A stretch of 64,000 nt of DNA from Betaproteobacteria bacterium (GTDB lineage Bacteria; Pseudomonadota; Gammaproteobacteria; Burkholderiales; SG8-41), in contig JAKFYK010000025.1 in the NCBI GenBank assembly GCA_021730905.1, positions 81,377 to 145,376 of the forward strand. The letters are read 5' to 3'. The position numbers and the translations under genes are program-made. The notes under the pieces were generated by a model. That model was not told the DNA's origin. It made no database searches and worked only from the letters and a program-made list of their open reading frames with translations. Shown here piece by piece: positions 38,890-49,188 of the stretch; position 1 is the first letter of the stretch, and each line of letters begins with the position of its first letter.

Positions 38890-40014
38890 TCACGGCGCAG
38901 GGTTGTTGCCCTGGTACATCCCGCTGGCGAGATATTTCGCGCGTACGCGCCGCAGCCACACCAGCAGCGCGGCGCTTGCCGGCAGCGCCAGCAGAACACC
39001 GGTGAACCCGAACAATTGCCCGAATGCGAGCAATGCAAAAATCACCGCCACCGGATGCAGACCGATGCGGTCGCCCACCAGCCACGGCACGAACACATTG
39101 CCCTCCATCACGTTGGCAACCACAAACACCAGCCAGATCCACATCAGGTGCGTGAGATCACCGAATTGCAGCAAGCCCATCAGCGTGGCCAGTACCACGC
39201 CGATGATCACGCCCAGATAAGGCACGAAGGTGAGAAATCCGGCAATCAACCCGACGGACAGCGCATAATTCAGCCCGGCCAGCCACAGGCCTACCGAATA
39301 GAACACCGCCATCAGCAGCATCACCAGCAGCTGCCCGCGCAGGAATTCGCCGAGCACGGCATCGATGTCCTTCAGCAGGGAGGATACGGTGTCGCTCCAG
39401 TTGCGCGGAATCAGTTCCGCCACGCGCGCGAGCATGCCATCCCAGTCGCGCATGAAATAAAACAGCACCACGGGTATCAGCAGCAGGTTGGCGGCGAGTT
39501 CCAGCAGCGCAAGGCCGCCAGTCTTCAGCGACGGCAGCAGGCTCAGCGCAACACCCTGGATTTCCTTCGTGTGTTCGGTCAGCCAGTCCTTCACCAGCGC
39601 GGTATCGAGTTCGACGCCGAAATACTGCTGCACCAGCGGCCCGAGATGCAGCCGTATCCAATCAACGTACTGCGGCACCTGCGTGACGATCGCCTTGATC
39701 TGGCGCACGATCAGGGGCAGCAGCACCAGCAGCAGGACCAGGATCACGCCGGCGATGATCGCCAACGCAGCACACACCGCCAGCGTACGCGGCACACGCC
39801 GCGACATGCGCGTCACCAGCGGATTGAGTATGTAGGCCAGCGTCGCCGCGCACAAAAACGGCGCAAGGATCGGCGCCAGCAGATAGAGCAACCCGGCAGC
39901 GAGCGCGGCTGCGCCCAGCCAAAGCCATGCCTGCGTGTTGTTCGAAATGCCGGGGTCCGGAGTAGTCATTTGCGTTAAAATTGTCGGTGCCGGTGCTGAG
40001 CGAAAATGCATCAA
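38890..40014 (-). CDS. AI-2E/PerM-family transporter
   Basis: Eight helices. FLTFVPYLGVIIGVVLATL and GVLLALPASAALLVWL are typical of the family. Start uncertain (40014 or 39969). Confidence 0.8.
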   Translation of the reverse strand: MMHFRSAPAPTILTQMTTPDPGISNNTQAWLWLGAAALAAGLLYLLAPILAPFLCAATLAYILNPLVTRMSRRVPRTLAVCAALAIIAGVILVLLLVLLPLIVRQIKAIVTQVPQYVDWIRLHLGPLVQQYFGVELDTALVKDWLTEHTKEIQGVALSLLPSLKTGGLALLELAANLLLIPVVLFYFMRDWDGMLARVAELIPRNWSDTVSSLLKDIDAVLGEFLRGQLLVMLLMAVFYSVGLWLAGLNYALSVGLIAGFLTFVPYLGVIIGVVLATLMGLLQFGDLTHLMWIWLVFVVANVMEGNVFVPWLVGDRIGLHPVAVIFALLAFGQLFGFTGVLLALPASAALLVWLRRVRAKYLASGMYQGNNPAP

Positions 40015-40081
40015 TCAGGATGCCGATGCCAGCGCGCAACACCGCCCGCACACTTTATATTGAAGCACTGGACAACTCAAC

Positions 40082-41128
40082 TTGAAAACCCGCAAGCCGA
40101 CCCGGGGCCTGACCTACCGCGATGCGGGCGTGGACATCGACGCCGGCGACAATCTCGTCGAAAACATCAAGCCTTACGCCCAACGCACGCTGCGTCCCGG
40201 CGTGATGGCGGGCATCGGCGGTTTCGGCGCGTTGTTTCGCGTGCCGCGCGGCTACAAGGATCCGGTGCTGGTGTCGGGCACCGACGGGGTTGGCACCAAA
40301 CTCAAACTCGCGTTTGAACTGAAGCGCCATGACACCGTCGGCATTGACCTGGTGGCGATGAGCGTCAACGACATACTGACGCTGGGCGCCGAACCGCTGT
40401 TTTTTCTGGATTACTACGCCTGCGGCAAGCTCGACGTGAAATCTGCGACGCAGGTGATCAAGGGCATCGCCGCGGGCTGCGAACAGGCCGGCTGTGCGCT
40501 GATCGGCGGCGAAACGGCGGAAATGCCCGGCATGTATGCGGCGGGCGAATACGATCTGGCTGGATTCGCGGTGGGTGTCGCGGAAAAATCGAAAATCATT
40601 ACCGGCAAAAACATCAAGCCCGGCGACGTGATACTGGGCCTCGCCAGCAACGGCGCACACTCCAACGGCTATTCGCTGATCCGCAAAATCCTCACCACGC
40701 GCCGCGTCAACTTGTCAGCCAAACTCGGCGGCAAACCGCTGAAAGACCTGATTCTCGCGCCCACGCGCATTTACGTGAAGCCGGTGCTGGCGCTGGCAAA
40801 AAAAATGCCGCTCAAGGGCATCGCACACATCACCGGCGGCGGCCTTGTCGAAAACATTCCACGCGTATTGTCCAAGGGCTTGTGCGCGCGCATTGACAAA
40901 AGCGCGTGGCCGATGCCGCCGTTGTTCACCTGGCTGCAACGCGAAGGCAATGTCGCCGAGGCCGAAATGCACCGCGTGTTTAATTGCGGCATCGGGCTGA
41001 TCGTTGTAGTAAGCGAACGTGATGCGGCGCGCGCGCAAGCCATGTTGGCTCGCGCCGGTGAAAAAGTCTGGCGCATCGGTGTAGTCACACGCCGCGCACG
41101 CGGCGCGCCGCAAACCATCGTCGTGTGA
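40082..41128 (+). CDS. purM: phosphoribosylformylglycinamidine cyclo-ligase
   Basis: TTG start. [25 protein letters not shown] and GGETAEMPG. Confidence 0.95.
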   Translation: MKTRKPTRGLTYRDAGVDIDAGDNLVENIKPYAQRTLRPGVMAGIGGFGALFRVPRGYKDPVLVSGTDGVGTKLKLAFELKRHDTVGIDLVAMSVNDILTLGAEPLFFLDYYACGKLDVKSATQVIKGIAAGCEQAGCALIGGETAEMPGMYAAGEYDLAGFAVGVAEKSKIITGKNIKPGDVILGLASNGAHSNGYSLIRKILTTRRVNLSAKLGGKPLKDLILAPTRIYVKPVLALAKKMPLKGIAHITGGGLVENIPRVLSKGLCARIDKSAWPMPPLFTWLQREGNVAEAEMHRVFNCGIGLIVVVSERDAARAQAMLARAGEKVWRIGVVTRRARGAPQTIVV

Positions 41129-41784
41129 GCGGGAGCGCTACTTTGAAGCGCATCGTCATCCTGATTTCCGGCCGCGGCTCGAACATGGAAACGATGTTGA
41201 AAACGCGCCTGCCTGCGGAGATTGCCGCGGTGATCAGCAACGAGGCCGACGCCCGGGGACTGACCACCGCGCAGGATCAGGGCATCGCCACGGCGGTCGT
41301 GCCGCACCGCGCTTTCGCGGATCGTGCCGTGTTCGATGCGGCACTTGCCGCCGAGATGGATCGATATACGCCCGATCTGATCGTGCTCGCCGGATTCATG
41401 CGGGTGTTAACAGAAGGATTCGTCGCGCGTTATGCGGGACGTATGATCAATATTCATCCGTCGCTGTTGCCGTCATTTCCCGGCCTGCACACGCACCGGC
41501 GCGCGCTGGAGGCCGGCGTGCGCGTTCACGGCTGCACGGTGCATTTTGTGACGCCCGGCCTCGACAGTGGTCCAATCATCGTTCAGGCTGCCGTACCGGT
41601 ACTCGCGGGCGACACCGAAGACAGCCTCGCCGCGCGCGTGCTGCGAGAGGAACACCGCATTTACCCGCAGGCTGTGCGCTGGATTTGCGCGGGGCGGGTG
41701 AAACTTGGTGCAAACGGCACGGTCACCATCACAGATGCTGTTACACCCTCTGCGGCGCTGATTGCACCCGCACTGGATACGTGA
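41125..41784 (+). CDS. purN: phosphoribosylglycinamide formyltransferase
   Basis: GTG overlapping the purM stop. [26 protein letters not shown] and [13 protein letters not shown]. Confidence 0.95.
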   Translation: MSGSATLKRIVILISGRGSNMETMLKTRLPAEIAAVISNEADARGLTTAQDQGIATAVVPHRAFADRAVFDAALAAEMDRYTPDLIVLAGFMRVLTEGFVARYAGRMINIHPSLLPSFPGLHTHRRALEAGVRVHGCTVHFVTPGLDSGPIIVQAAVPVLAGDTEDSLAARVLREEHRIYPQAVRWICAGRVKLGANGTVTITDAVTPSAALIAPALDT

Positions 41785-41789
41785 TATCG

Positions 41790-41805
41790 TAACTATATGT
41801 TTTTA
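41790..41805 (-). repeat. 16-nt AT-rich box, copy 6 (TAAAAACATATAGTTA on minus)
   Basis: Plus strand reads TAACTATATGTTTTTA and contains the ATG (41797) of the downstream secreted protein. Confidence 0.85.
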
Positions 41806-42504
41806 ATAAGAATTTTACTAATTCTGATCACGGCTTTTGCAGCCGGCTTATGCGTTGCGGCAACACCGGTCGCGGCATCGATTTCGTACAACCTGTTGCG
41901 CAACGGCACGCACATCGGCGTCATCAATGAAAACTTCGAGATCAAAGACGGCGCCTACATTGCCACCAGTGTAGCCACGGCGATCGGGCTGTTTGCGCTG
42001 GCGCAACGCCGCCCGATTACCTACTCCAGCGCGGGTGAAGCCACCAGGGAAGGCCTGCGCCCGACGCGTTTCGAAGGCCGTCGCAATAACACCACCGCCA
42101 CCGCCGATTTCGACTGGAAAACCGACAAGCTTACGATGACGCACGATGGCGTGAATCAAACCGTTGCGCTGCCGCCCGCGACACAGGACCGGCTTTCGGC
42201 CATGTATCAGTTCATGCATCTGGTGCAAAACAAGCCGGGCGCGGCAACTACGGTCGAGATGCCGATGACCACCGGCCGCAAGCTCGACCGTTACCGCTAC
42301 GACATCAATCCGGATGTGGTCATCGACACGCCGTTAAAACGGCTCACCACGCTGCATCTGGCGAAACAACGCGATCAAAATGATTCGCATACTGAAATCT
42401 GGCTGGCGCCGGAATATCATTATTTGCCGGTCAAAATCGTTATTGTTGAAAGCGATGGCGTGCGCTACGAACAAGTGGTCACGCGGCTGGACGTCCGGCT
42501 TTGA
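41797..42504 (+). CDS. DUF3108-like secreted protein
   Basis: Signal peptide MFLIRILLILITAFAAGLCVA. Beta-rich, with YNLLRNGTHIGVINENFEIKDGAY...; family assignment is from memory. Confidence 0.65.
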   Translation: MFLIRILLILITAFAAGLCVAATPVAASISYNLLRNGTHIGVINENFEIKDGAYIATSVATAIGLFALAQRRPITYSSAGEATREGLRPTRFEGRRNNTTATADFDWKTDKLTMTHDGVNQTVALPPATQDRLSAMYQFMHLVQNKPGAATTVEMPMTTGRKLDRYRYDINPDVVIDTPLKRLTTLHLAKQRDQNDSHTEIWLAPEYHYLPVKIVIVESDGVRYEQVVTRLDVRL

Positions 42505-43577
42505 AACCGCCTTTCTCACGTGCGCGCCCACTGCTTGCCGCGGCGGTACTGTCGACGCTGGCGCATGCGCTGATGTTGTCGGGCGGCTGGCTGCCGATGC
42601 CGTTCAGCGCAAGTGATGCGCCGCCGTTGCAGGCACGGCTGGAGCATTTACCGGAACCGCCGCCCGCCGCGCTGGCACCCCCGCCGCCTCCACCGGTAAA
42701 ACCGGCCGCAACACCTGCAAAAAAACAAGTCGTCGCGGCAGCGCCGCTTGCCGTGTTTTCCGACACTCTGAGTCCGTTCTCCGTTCCCGCTCCCATCACG
42801 GCGGCGCCGGAGTCCGCGGAAGCCGACGCGCCCGCAACCGAGACACCCGCTTCACCGTCGGAGCCGATCGTGATCGCCGATGCCGCACCGAGCACCTTCA
42901 TGCCGGAGCGCGCCGCGATCAAAAGCCTGCCGCGCCGCGGCCGCATCACCTATGCGCTGTACATGGGTACCAACAAATTTGAAGTCGGGCGCACCACGCA
43001 AAGCTGGGAAACCAGCGCCGACAACTACACGCTCGAAAGCACCTCGGGCACCAGCGGCCTGGTCAGCGTATTTCGCTCGGAGCAGCGCGTGTTCCGCAGC
43101 AGCGGGCGCATGACCGAACACGGATTACGCCCGCAGAGTTTTGTGTCGAGCCGCGTCCGCCGCGGCCAGTCCGACGAAGCGATGGCGCGATTCGACTGGG
43201 ACAGGAACAGCATCACGCTCGGCCGCGGTGAAGCGCAACGCAGCGCGGCACTGCCTGCCGGCAGCCAGGACATTCTGAGTTTCATGTATCACCTGGCGCT
43301 CGCGCCGCCGCCGCCGGGTCGCGTGCAGATCGCCATCACCAATGGCTCGCGCTTCGAGACCTACGCTCTCGATGTGCTGGCCGAGGAAACACTGGAAACG
43401 CCGATGGGCAACATCCGCACGCTGCCCGTGAAACAATTGCGGCGCGAGGGCGCGGAAAGTATGGAGATCTGGCTCGCCGCCGACTATCGCTACCTGCCGG
43501 TGCGCATACGCTTCATCGGACGCGACGGCGCGCCGGCGGGCGAGCAGATCGTCACTGAAATCAATATCAGCGACTGA
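42501..43577 (+). CDS. DUF3108-like protein with Pro/Ala-rich N-terminal linker
   Basis: Start overlaps the upstream stop. PEPPPAALAPPPPPPVKPAATPAKK is followed by ITYALYMGTNKFEVGRTTQSWETSADNYTLES, paralogous to the preceding gene. Confidence 0.6.
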   Translation: MKPPFSRARPLLAAAVLSTLAHALMLSGGWLPMPFSASDAPPLQARLEHLPEPPPAALAPPPPPPVKPAATPAKKQVVAAAPLAVFSDTLSPFSVPAPITAAPESAEADAPATETPASPSEPIVIADAAPSTFMPERAAIKSLPRRGRITYALYMGTNKFEVGRTTQSWETSADNYTLESTSGTSGLVSVFRSEQRVFRSSGRMTEHGLRPQSFVSSRVRRGQSDEAMARFDWDRNSITLGRGEAQRSAALPAGSQDILSFMYHLALAPPPPGRVQIAITNGSRFETYALDVLAEETLETPMGNIRTLPVKQLRREGAESMEIWLAADYRYLPVRIRFIGRDGAPAGEQIVTEINISD

Positions 43578-43587
43578 TTAAAACCTG

Positions 43588-43623
43588 TTTCATAATTATT
43601 CACGGGTGCGAATAATTATGAAA
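43588..43623. repeat. AT-rich perfect inverted repeat (14-bp arms, 8-nt loop)
   Basis: TTTCATAATTATTC-ACGGGTGC-GAATAATTATGAAA. Confidence 0.85.
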
Positions 43624-43692
43624 TAGGTTCTGGGAAACACGCCGTCAATTTAATCACATCGGGCGCGAACCATCGCGCGTCAGGCATTCATT

Positions 43693-44958
43693 TTGAAATT
43701 CACTTCTGCGCAGTTTGAAGCCGCGGTTCATGTATTGACCGCGGTATTGAAATTCGACTATCCCGCCGACGGCATCGTCAGCCGTCATTTTCACGAGCAC
43801 CGCGAACTCGGCCAGAACGACCGGGCTTTCATCGCCAACGCCGTGTTCGGCGTGCTGCGCAAAAAGCGGCTGCTCGATCATCTTACTGCCGGCGCTGGCG
43901 TGTCGTCGGCACGCGCGCTGCTGCTGGCGTGGCTGGCGCGCGTGCAAGGACTCAATTCGCGCGAGCTGGCGCCGGTACTGCGGCGCGGCGATGACGAAAT
44001 AGTCGCGACAATCAAACGCGTGAGCAATGCTGACCTGCCGTTGGCGGTGCAGGCGGAACTGCCGGACTGGGTGGTCGAAAAGCTCTTGCCGCACACTTCC
44101 GAAACGGAAATACTCGAATTAGGCCGGGGGCTGGCTGTGCCCGCGCCGCTGGATTTGCGGGTGAATACGCTGCGCGCCAAACGCGATGAAGTGATCGCGA
44201 CGCTTGCGGCGGACCACATCGCCGCGACCCCCACGCCGTACTCGCCGTATGGCTTGCGTATCGAAGGCCGGCCGGTGATCAATCGTAACGCGCTATTCCT
44301 GGATGGCACGATTGAAGTTCAGGACGAAGGCAGCCAGTTGCTGTGCTGCCTGCTCGCACCGACGCGTCACGATTTCGTCGTCGATTTCTGCGCGGGCGCA
44401 GGCGGCAAGACGCTGATGCTGGGGGCAATGATGCACAACCATGGACGCCTCTACGCGTTCGACACGTCTGCGGCGCGCCTGAAAAAACTGCAGCCGCGGC
44501 TGGCGCGCTCGGGACTGTCCAATCTGCGCGCGCAGGTGATTGCGCGCGAAAGCGATATCCGCATAAAGCGCCTGGCGGGTAAAGTGAACCGCGTGCTGGT
44601 GGACGCGCCGTGCAGCGGATTGGGCACACTGCGCCGCAATCCCGATTTGAAATGGCGCCAATCGCCGCAAAGCGTGGCAGAACTGGTGCAAAAGCAAACC
44701 GCTATCCTGCGCGCGGCGGCGGCACTGGTAAAACCCGGCGGGCGGCTGGTCTATGCCACGTGCAGCCTGCTGGCCGAGGAAAACGAATCCATCGTCGACA
44801 CATTTTGCGCAGCCGACCCCGCGTTCAAAATCATCGATTGCGATGCTGTTTTCACGCAACAGAAAATTGCGCTGCGCACCGGCAAATACCTGCGCCTCAC
44901 GCCGCATCAGCATGGCACCGATGGATTTTTCGGCGCAGTACTTACACGCGAGCAGTAG
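43693..44958 (+). CDS. RsmB/NOL1/NOP2/Sun-family RNA cytosine-C5 methyltransferase
   Basis: VVDFCAGAGGKTL (SAM site), VLVDAPCSGLGTLRRNPD and YATCSLLAEENE (catalytic Cys motifs). Confidence 0.8.
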   Translation: MKFTSAQFEAAVHVLTAVLKFDYPADGIVSRHFHEHRELGQNDRAFIANAVFGVLRKKRLLDHLTAGAGVSSARALLLAWLARVQGLNSRELAPVLRRGDDEIVATIKRVSNADLPLAVQAELPDWVVEKLLPHTSETEILELGRGLAVPAPLDLRVNTLRAKRDEVIATLAADHIAATPTPYSPYGLRIEGRPVINRNALFLDGTIEVQDEGSQLLCCLLAPTRHDFVVDFCAGAGGKTLMLGAMMHNHGRLYAFDTSAARLKKLQPRLARSGLSNLRAQVIARESDIRIKRLAGKVNRVLVDAPCSGLGTLRRNPDLKWRQSPQSVAELVQKQTAILRAAAALVKPGGRLVYATCSLLAEENESIVDTFCAADPAFKIIDCDAVFTQQKIALRTGKYLRLTPHQHGTDGFFGAVLTREQ

Positions 44959-45097
44959 CGCGCGTTCGTGCTTTCGCGCGGGTAATATTGTGCTTTGGTG
45001 CTTTCGTGCAGACAGCAATGCGTGTTCGTACCTGTGCGCGAATAGCTTGTTACCTGCGTGCTAGAATCTCCACAAGCAATTTCCATCATTCAATACG

Positions 45098-46393
45098 ATG
45101 CCTAGCTCCACGCCATTGCCCAACCTGCTGGTCAATCTCTGGACCGATCTGCACAATGTCGCGTTTCTGTGGCAGGTCGCCGTCACGCTGGCGAGTCTGC
45201 TGCTGGCGTGGCTCGCCGGCAAAGCGTTGCAGCCGCGCATTGCCTCGATGGAAAAATCACCTACCGTTGGGCGCGATGCGCTTGCCGCAATCCAGTTTCC
45301 GCTGGTTGCGCTGCTGCTGGTTCTGTGCGCACGCGCAGTGATGAATATCGGCGCCCTGACGCTGCTGGACCTGATGGTGGCGCTGCTCACCGCCGCGATC
45401 ATGATCCGGCTGGTGGTGGTGATGCTGCGCCAGGTGTTCGCGCCCAGCGGCTGGCGCGATACGCTGATCCGCTTTATCGCCGCTGCGGTATGGATCGGGT
45501 TCGCGCTGTATGTTGCCGGACTGCTGCCGGACTTGCTGAAATTTCTCGACGGGCTGGGATTTTCGGTCGGCAAACAACGCATATCGCTGCTGCTGATTGC
45601 GCAGGCGCTGCTGTCGGTACTGGCCACGCTGTTGATCGCGCTATGGCTGGGGCGTTTTATCGAAGCGCGCGCGATGACCGCCACCGATCTCGATATCAAT
45701 CTGCGCGTGATGATTTCCAAACTCGCGCAGGCGCTGCTGCTGGTGCTCGCCATACTGATCGCGCTGCCGGCGGTGGGCATCGATCTGACCGTGCTGTCGG
45801 TGTTCGGCGGCGCGCTCGGCGTAGGGCTCGGCTTCGGCCTGCAAAAAATCGCCAGCAACTACATCAGCGGTTTTATCATCCTGATGGATCGTTCGGTAGC
45901 GCTCGGCGATCTGGTGACGATCGACGGTCACACCGGTCAGTTGAGCAAGATGACCGCGCGTTATGTGGTGGTGCGCAGCCTCGCGGGCGTCGAGGCCATT
46001 ATCCCGAACGACACGCTGATTACTTCGACCGTGGTCAACCAGTCGTACACGGACAAACGCGTGCGCCAGGCCCTGTCAGTGCAGGTCGGGTATGACAGCG
46101 ACCTTGAACACGCGATGCGCCTGCTGGAAGAAGTGGCGGTACGACAACCGCGCATACTCGGGGACCCCGCGCCCAAGGCTGTGCTGGTGCGCCTGGGCGA
46201 CAACGGCGTGGACCTTGAACTGGGTTTCTGGGTGGATGATCCGCAGGCCGGCACCGTCACGCTGCGCTCCGACCTGCAACTGGACATCTGGCGGGCGTTC
46301 CGGCTGCACCATATCGAGATTCCCTATCCGCAACGCACCGTGCGGCTGGCAGGCGCACCGGCCGAGGGTGTAAACAAGGCTGGAACGGCCTGA
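45098..46393 (+). CDS. MscS-family mechanosensitive channel
   Basis: Several N-terminal helices, then LQKIASNYISGFIILMDRSVALGDLVTIDGHTGQL..., the MscS pore/beta-domain signature. Confidence 0.85.
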   Translation: MPSSTPLPNLLVNLWTDLHNVAFLWQVAVTLASLLLAWLAGKALQPRIASMEKSPTVGRDALAAIQFPLVALLLVLCARAVMNIGALTLLDLMVALLTAAIMIRLVVVMLRQVFAPSGWRDTLIRFIAAAVWIGFALYVAGLLPDLLKFLDGLGFSVGKQRISLLLIAQALLSVLATLLIALWLGRFIEARAMTATDLDINLRVMISKLAQALLLVLAILIALPAVGIDLTVLSVFGGALGVGLGFGLQKIASNYISGFIILMDRSVALGDLVTIDGHTGQLSKMTARYVVVRSLAGVEAIIPNDTLITSTVVNQSYTDKRVRQALSVQVGYDSDLEHAMRLLEEVAVRQPRILGDPAPKAVLVRLGDNGVDLELGFWVDDPQAGTVTLRSDLQLDIWRAFRLHHIEIPYPQRTVRLAGAPAEGVNKAGTA

Positions 46394-46499
46394 AATGCGG
46401 CAATAAATCAATCCCTTGATATACCTCAAATTCACCCTCATATAGCACTATCCGCGCCTGATAAACTTCGGTAGACTTGACGCGTATAACTAGCTGTAA

Positions 46500-47672
46500 A
46501 TGAGGAGATTTATGTTCTCAGGATTGCTGGACCTGCCGTGGTGGGGTTACCTACTTGCCACGCTGGGATTGACCCACATCACCATCGCTGCGGTGACGAT
46601 TTATCTGCACCGCCATTCCGCACATCGCGCGCTGGACCTGCATCCTATTGTCAGTCATTTCTTCCGCTTCTGGCTGTGGGCGACCACCGGCATGACCACT
46701 AAAGCCTGGACCGCCATTCACCGCAAGCACCACGCTAAATGCGAAACCGTTGAAGACCCGCATAGCCCGCAGATCTTCGGCATTCGCAAATTGCTGCTGG
46801 AAGGCGCGGAACTCTACCGCGTCGAAGGCGCTAACAAGGAAACGCTGGAACACTACGGCCACGGCACGCCTGACGACTGGCTGGAAAAACATGTCTACGG
46901 CAAACACGACCGTATCGGCATCGGCTCGATGCTGATCGTGGATGTCATTCTGTTCGGCCCGATCGGCATCACTATCTGGGCGGTGCAAATGATGTGGATA
47001 CCGTTTCTTGCTGCCGGTGTCATCAACGGCATCGGCCACTGGTGGGGCTACCGTAATTTCCAGTCCGAGGACGCCAGCACCAACGTGGTTCCGTGGGGCA
47101 TCCTGATCGGCGGCGAAGAACTGCATAACAACCATCATGCTTACGCCACCTCGGCAAAGCTTTCCAATCGCTGGTACGAGTTTGATATCGGCTGGATGTA
47201 CATCCGCATTCTAGAGACGCTAGGCCTGGCCACGGTGAAAAAAATCGCGCCGAAGGTAAAACTCGTCGCCAAGACGCAATGCGATTCGGACACCTTGCAG
47301 GCCGTGATCACCCACCGCTACGACGTGGTGACACGTTATGCGCGCTCGTTGCGCGACACCTGTGCTGCCGAGATGCAGGCGTTGAAGGCGCGTGCCGTCA
47401 GCGTGGACAGCGCGCGGTTGCGGCGCTGGCTCCACATCGATGCTGCCGCGCTGCCCGAGAAGGAACTCGCGGAGCGTGCGCAAGTGATCAGCCAGAGCAA
47501 TGTGCTTTCGACGGTATACACCATGCGCGACGAACTCGCCGGCGTATGGCAGCGCTCCACTGCCAGCAAGGAACAGTTGGTGCACAAGCTCGAAGACTGG
47601 TGCCGTCGCGCCGAGCACAGCGGCATCGTGCCGCTGCAGGAATTTTCGAAGCGCTTACGCTGCTACGCGTGA
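46500..47672 (+). CDS. membrane fatty-acid (acyl-CoA/lipid delta-9-type) desaturase
   Basis: Three His boxes: HRHSAH, HRKHH and HNNHH. Confidence 0.85.
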   Translation: MRRFMFSGLLDLPWWGYLLATLGLTHITIAAVTIYLHRHSAHRALDLHPIVSHFFRFWLWATTGMTTKAWTAIHRKHHAKCETVEDPHSPQIFGIRKLLLEGAELYRVEGANKETLEHYGHGTPDDWLEKHVYGKHDRIGIGSMLIVDVILFGPIGITIWAVQMMWIPFLAAGVINGIGHWWGYRNFQSEDASTNVVPWGILIGGEELHNNHHAYATSAKLSNRWYEFDIGWMYIRILETLGLATVKKIAPKVKLVAKTQCDSDTLQAVITHRYDVVTRYARSLRDTCAAEMQALKARAVSVDSARLRRWLHIDAAALPEKELAERAQVISQSNVLSTVYTMRDELAGVWQRSTASKEQLVHKLEDWCRRAEHSGIVPLQEFSKRLRCYA

Positions 47673-47677
47673 AAGAC

Positions 47678-47750
47678 AGTTGGGAGTTTAGCGTCTGGCG
47701 TTGAGAGTAAAAGCGAACCGCGGTTACTTCCGACTCTCAACTCCGAACTC
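47678..47750. repeat. heptad-periodic palindromic intergenic element H4 (diverged)
   Basis: AGTTGGG AGTTTAG CGTCTGG CGTTGAG AGTAAAA GCGAACC, then the complement arm. GTTGAGAGT pairs with ACTCTCAAC around the apex AACCGCGGTT. Confidence 0.6.
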
Positions 47751-47756
47751 CATACC

Positions 47757-47785
47757 AAAAAAGCCCGCTTTCGCGGGCTTTTTTT
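47757..47785. terminator. bidirectional intrinsic terminator
   Basis: AAAAAA-GCCCGC-TTTC-GCGGGC-TTTTTTT, between the desaturase (+) and rpmG (-). Confidence 0.85.
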
Positions 47786-47948
47786 ACTTGATCTTCGCTT
47801 CCTTGTAGATCACGTGCTTGCGCGCAACGGGATCGAACTTAAGGATTTCCATCTTCTCCGGCATGGTGCGCTTGTTCTTCGATGTGGTGTAGTAATGCCC
47901 CGTGCCCGCAGAAGATTCCAGCTTGATTTTGTCTCGTTTGCTTGCCAT
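47784..47948 (-). CDS. rpmG: 50S ribosomal protein L33
   Basis: Hand translation: [54 protein letters not shown]. It falls below the ORF-track length cut-off. Confidence 0.9.
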   Translation of the reverse strand: MASKRDKIKLESSAGTGHYYTTSKNKRTMPEKMEILKFDPVARKHVIYKEAKIK

Positions 47949-47959
47949 ATCCGGCTCCT

Positions 47960-48196
47960 TTAAACTTCAACGCCCTGGCCGCGCAGATCGGCGAGCACAA
48001 CGTCAATGCCCTTCTTGTCGATAGTACGCAGGCCGGCTTGCGAAACCCGCAGGCTCACCCAGCGGTTTTCGGTTTCCACCCAGAAACGGCGGTAATGCAG
48101 ATTCGGCAGAAAACGCCGCTTGGTCTTGTTATTGGCATGGGAAACATTGTTCCCTGTCATCGGCTTCTTGCCGGTGACCTGACATACGCGTGACAT
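47960..48196 (-). CDS. rpmB: 50S ribosomal protein L28
   Basis: [33 protein letters not shown]. Confidence 0.95.
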   Translation of the reverse strand: MSRVCQVTGKKPMTGNNVSHANNKTKRRFLPNLHYRRFWVETENRWVSLRVSQAGLRTIDKKGIDVVLADLRGQGVEV

Positions 48197-48349
48197 GGTG
48201 AATCCTCGGGACTAAAAAAGTGACATGCGCAAAGCATGCCCAAAGGGGGCGGATTCTACACGAAATCAGGGCGTTCACTCAAGGATTTAGCAGTATTTCG
48301 GCGTGTTTTCCCAAACAACCGGCCCAATAGCGTAAGTAAAATAAATATT

Positions 48350-48365
48350 TAAAAACAAATACTTA
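48350..48365 (+). repeat. 16-nt AT-rich box, copy 7 (TAAAAACAAATACTTA)
   Basis: Overlaps the radC stop codon and lies upstream of rpmB. Confidence 0.85.
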
Positions 48366-49037
48366 CAATATTCCACGCTCAGCAAACGACATGGTGCTGT
48401 CTGCGCCAATCACAAAATGATCCAGCACGTTCACGTCCACCAGCGCCAAAGCGCGCTTTAAGGTCGCGGTCAGCGTCTCGTCGGCGCGACTGGGTTCTGC
48501 CACGCCCGACGGATGGTTGTGCGCAAAAATCACCGCCGCGGCATTGTGATGCAGCGCGCGTTTGACCACTTCGCGCGGATACACGCTGGTCTGGGTCAAC
48601 GTGCCGCTGAACAGGTCCTCCACCGCCAGCACGCGATTCTGCGCATCGAGAAAAACGCCGACAAACACTTCATGCGGACGATGGTGCAACCGCAGCCGCA
48701 GATAATCGCGCACCGCCTGCGGTGAATTGAGCGCCACGCCCTGCTTCAGTTTTTCGCCCAGCGCGCGCTGTGCCATTTCCAGCACTGCCTGCAACTGCAC
48801 GAACTTCGCTGCACCCAGGCCATGAATGTTGCAGAAGGTTTTTTGATCTGCGCCGCACAACGCCGACAGCGAACCAAATTGCGCCACCACATCGCGCGCC
48901 AGATCGACTGCGGATTTTCCGCTAACGCCGGTGCGCAAAAAAATCGCCACCAGTTCCGCGTCGGAAAGCATCGCTGCGCCCTTGGACAGCAGCTTTTCGC
49001 GGGGACGGTCGTCGACGGGCCAGTCGGTGATTGCCAT
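48363..49037 (-). CDS. radC: RadC-family JAB-domain protein
   Basis: [22 protein letters not shown] and HNHPSG (JAMM motif). Confidence 0.9.
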   Translation of the reverse strand: MAITDWPVDDRPREKLLSKGAAMLSDAELVAIFLRTGVSGKSAVDLARDVVAQFGSLSALCGADQKTFCNIHGLGAAKFVQLQAVLEMAQRALGEKLKQGVALNSPQAVRDYLRLRLHHRPHEVFVGVFLDAQNRVLAVEDLFSGTLTQTSVYPREVVKRALHHNAAAVIFAHNHPSGVAEPSRADETLTATLKRALALVDVNVLDHFVIGADSTMSFAERGIL

Positions 49038-49044
49038 TTTTGAA

Positions 49045-49130
49045 AGTCGAAACGTGAAATGTGCGACGTGACCCGTAATGAACGGGGCGGCAAGCTTATG
49101 GTTTACTGTTCATGTCTCACATTTCACGTT
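49045..49130. repeat. heptad-periodic palindromic intergenic element H3 (variant)
   Basis: AGTCGAA ACGTGAA ATGTGCG ACGTGAC CCGTAAT ... The arm AACGTGAAATGTGCGACGTG (49051-49070) pairs with CATGTCTCACATTTCACGTT (49111-49130) with two mismatches. Lies in the divergent radC/coaBC spacer. Confidence 0.7.
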
Positions 49131-49188
49131 GTTTTACGTTCTGCCGCAGTACGTTACACTCACGGCTGATTCGCGCAGAAAGCGCTAT

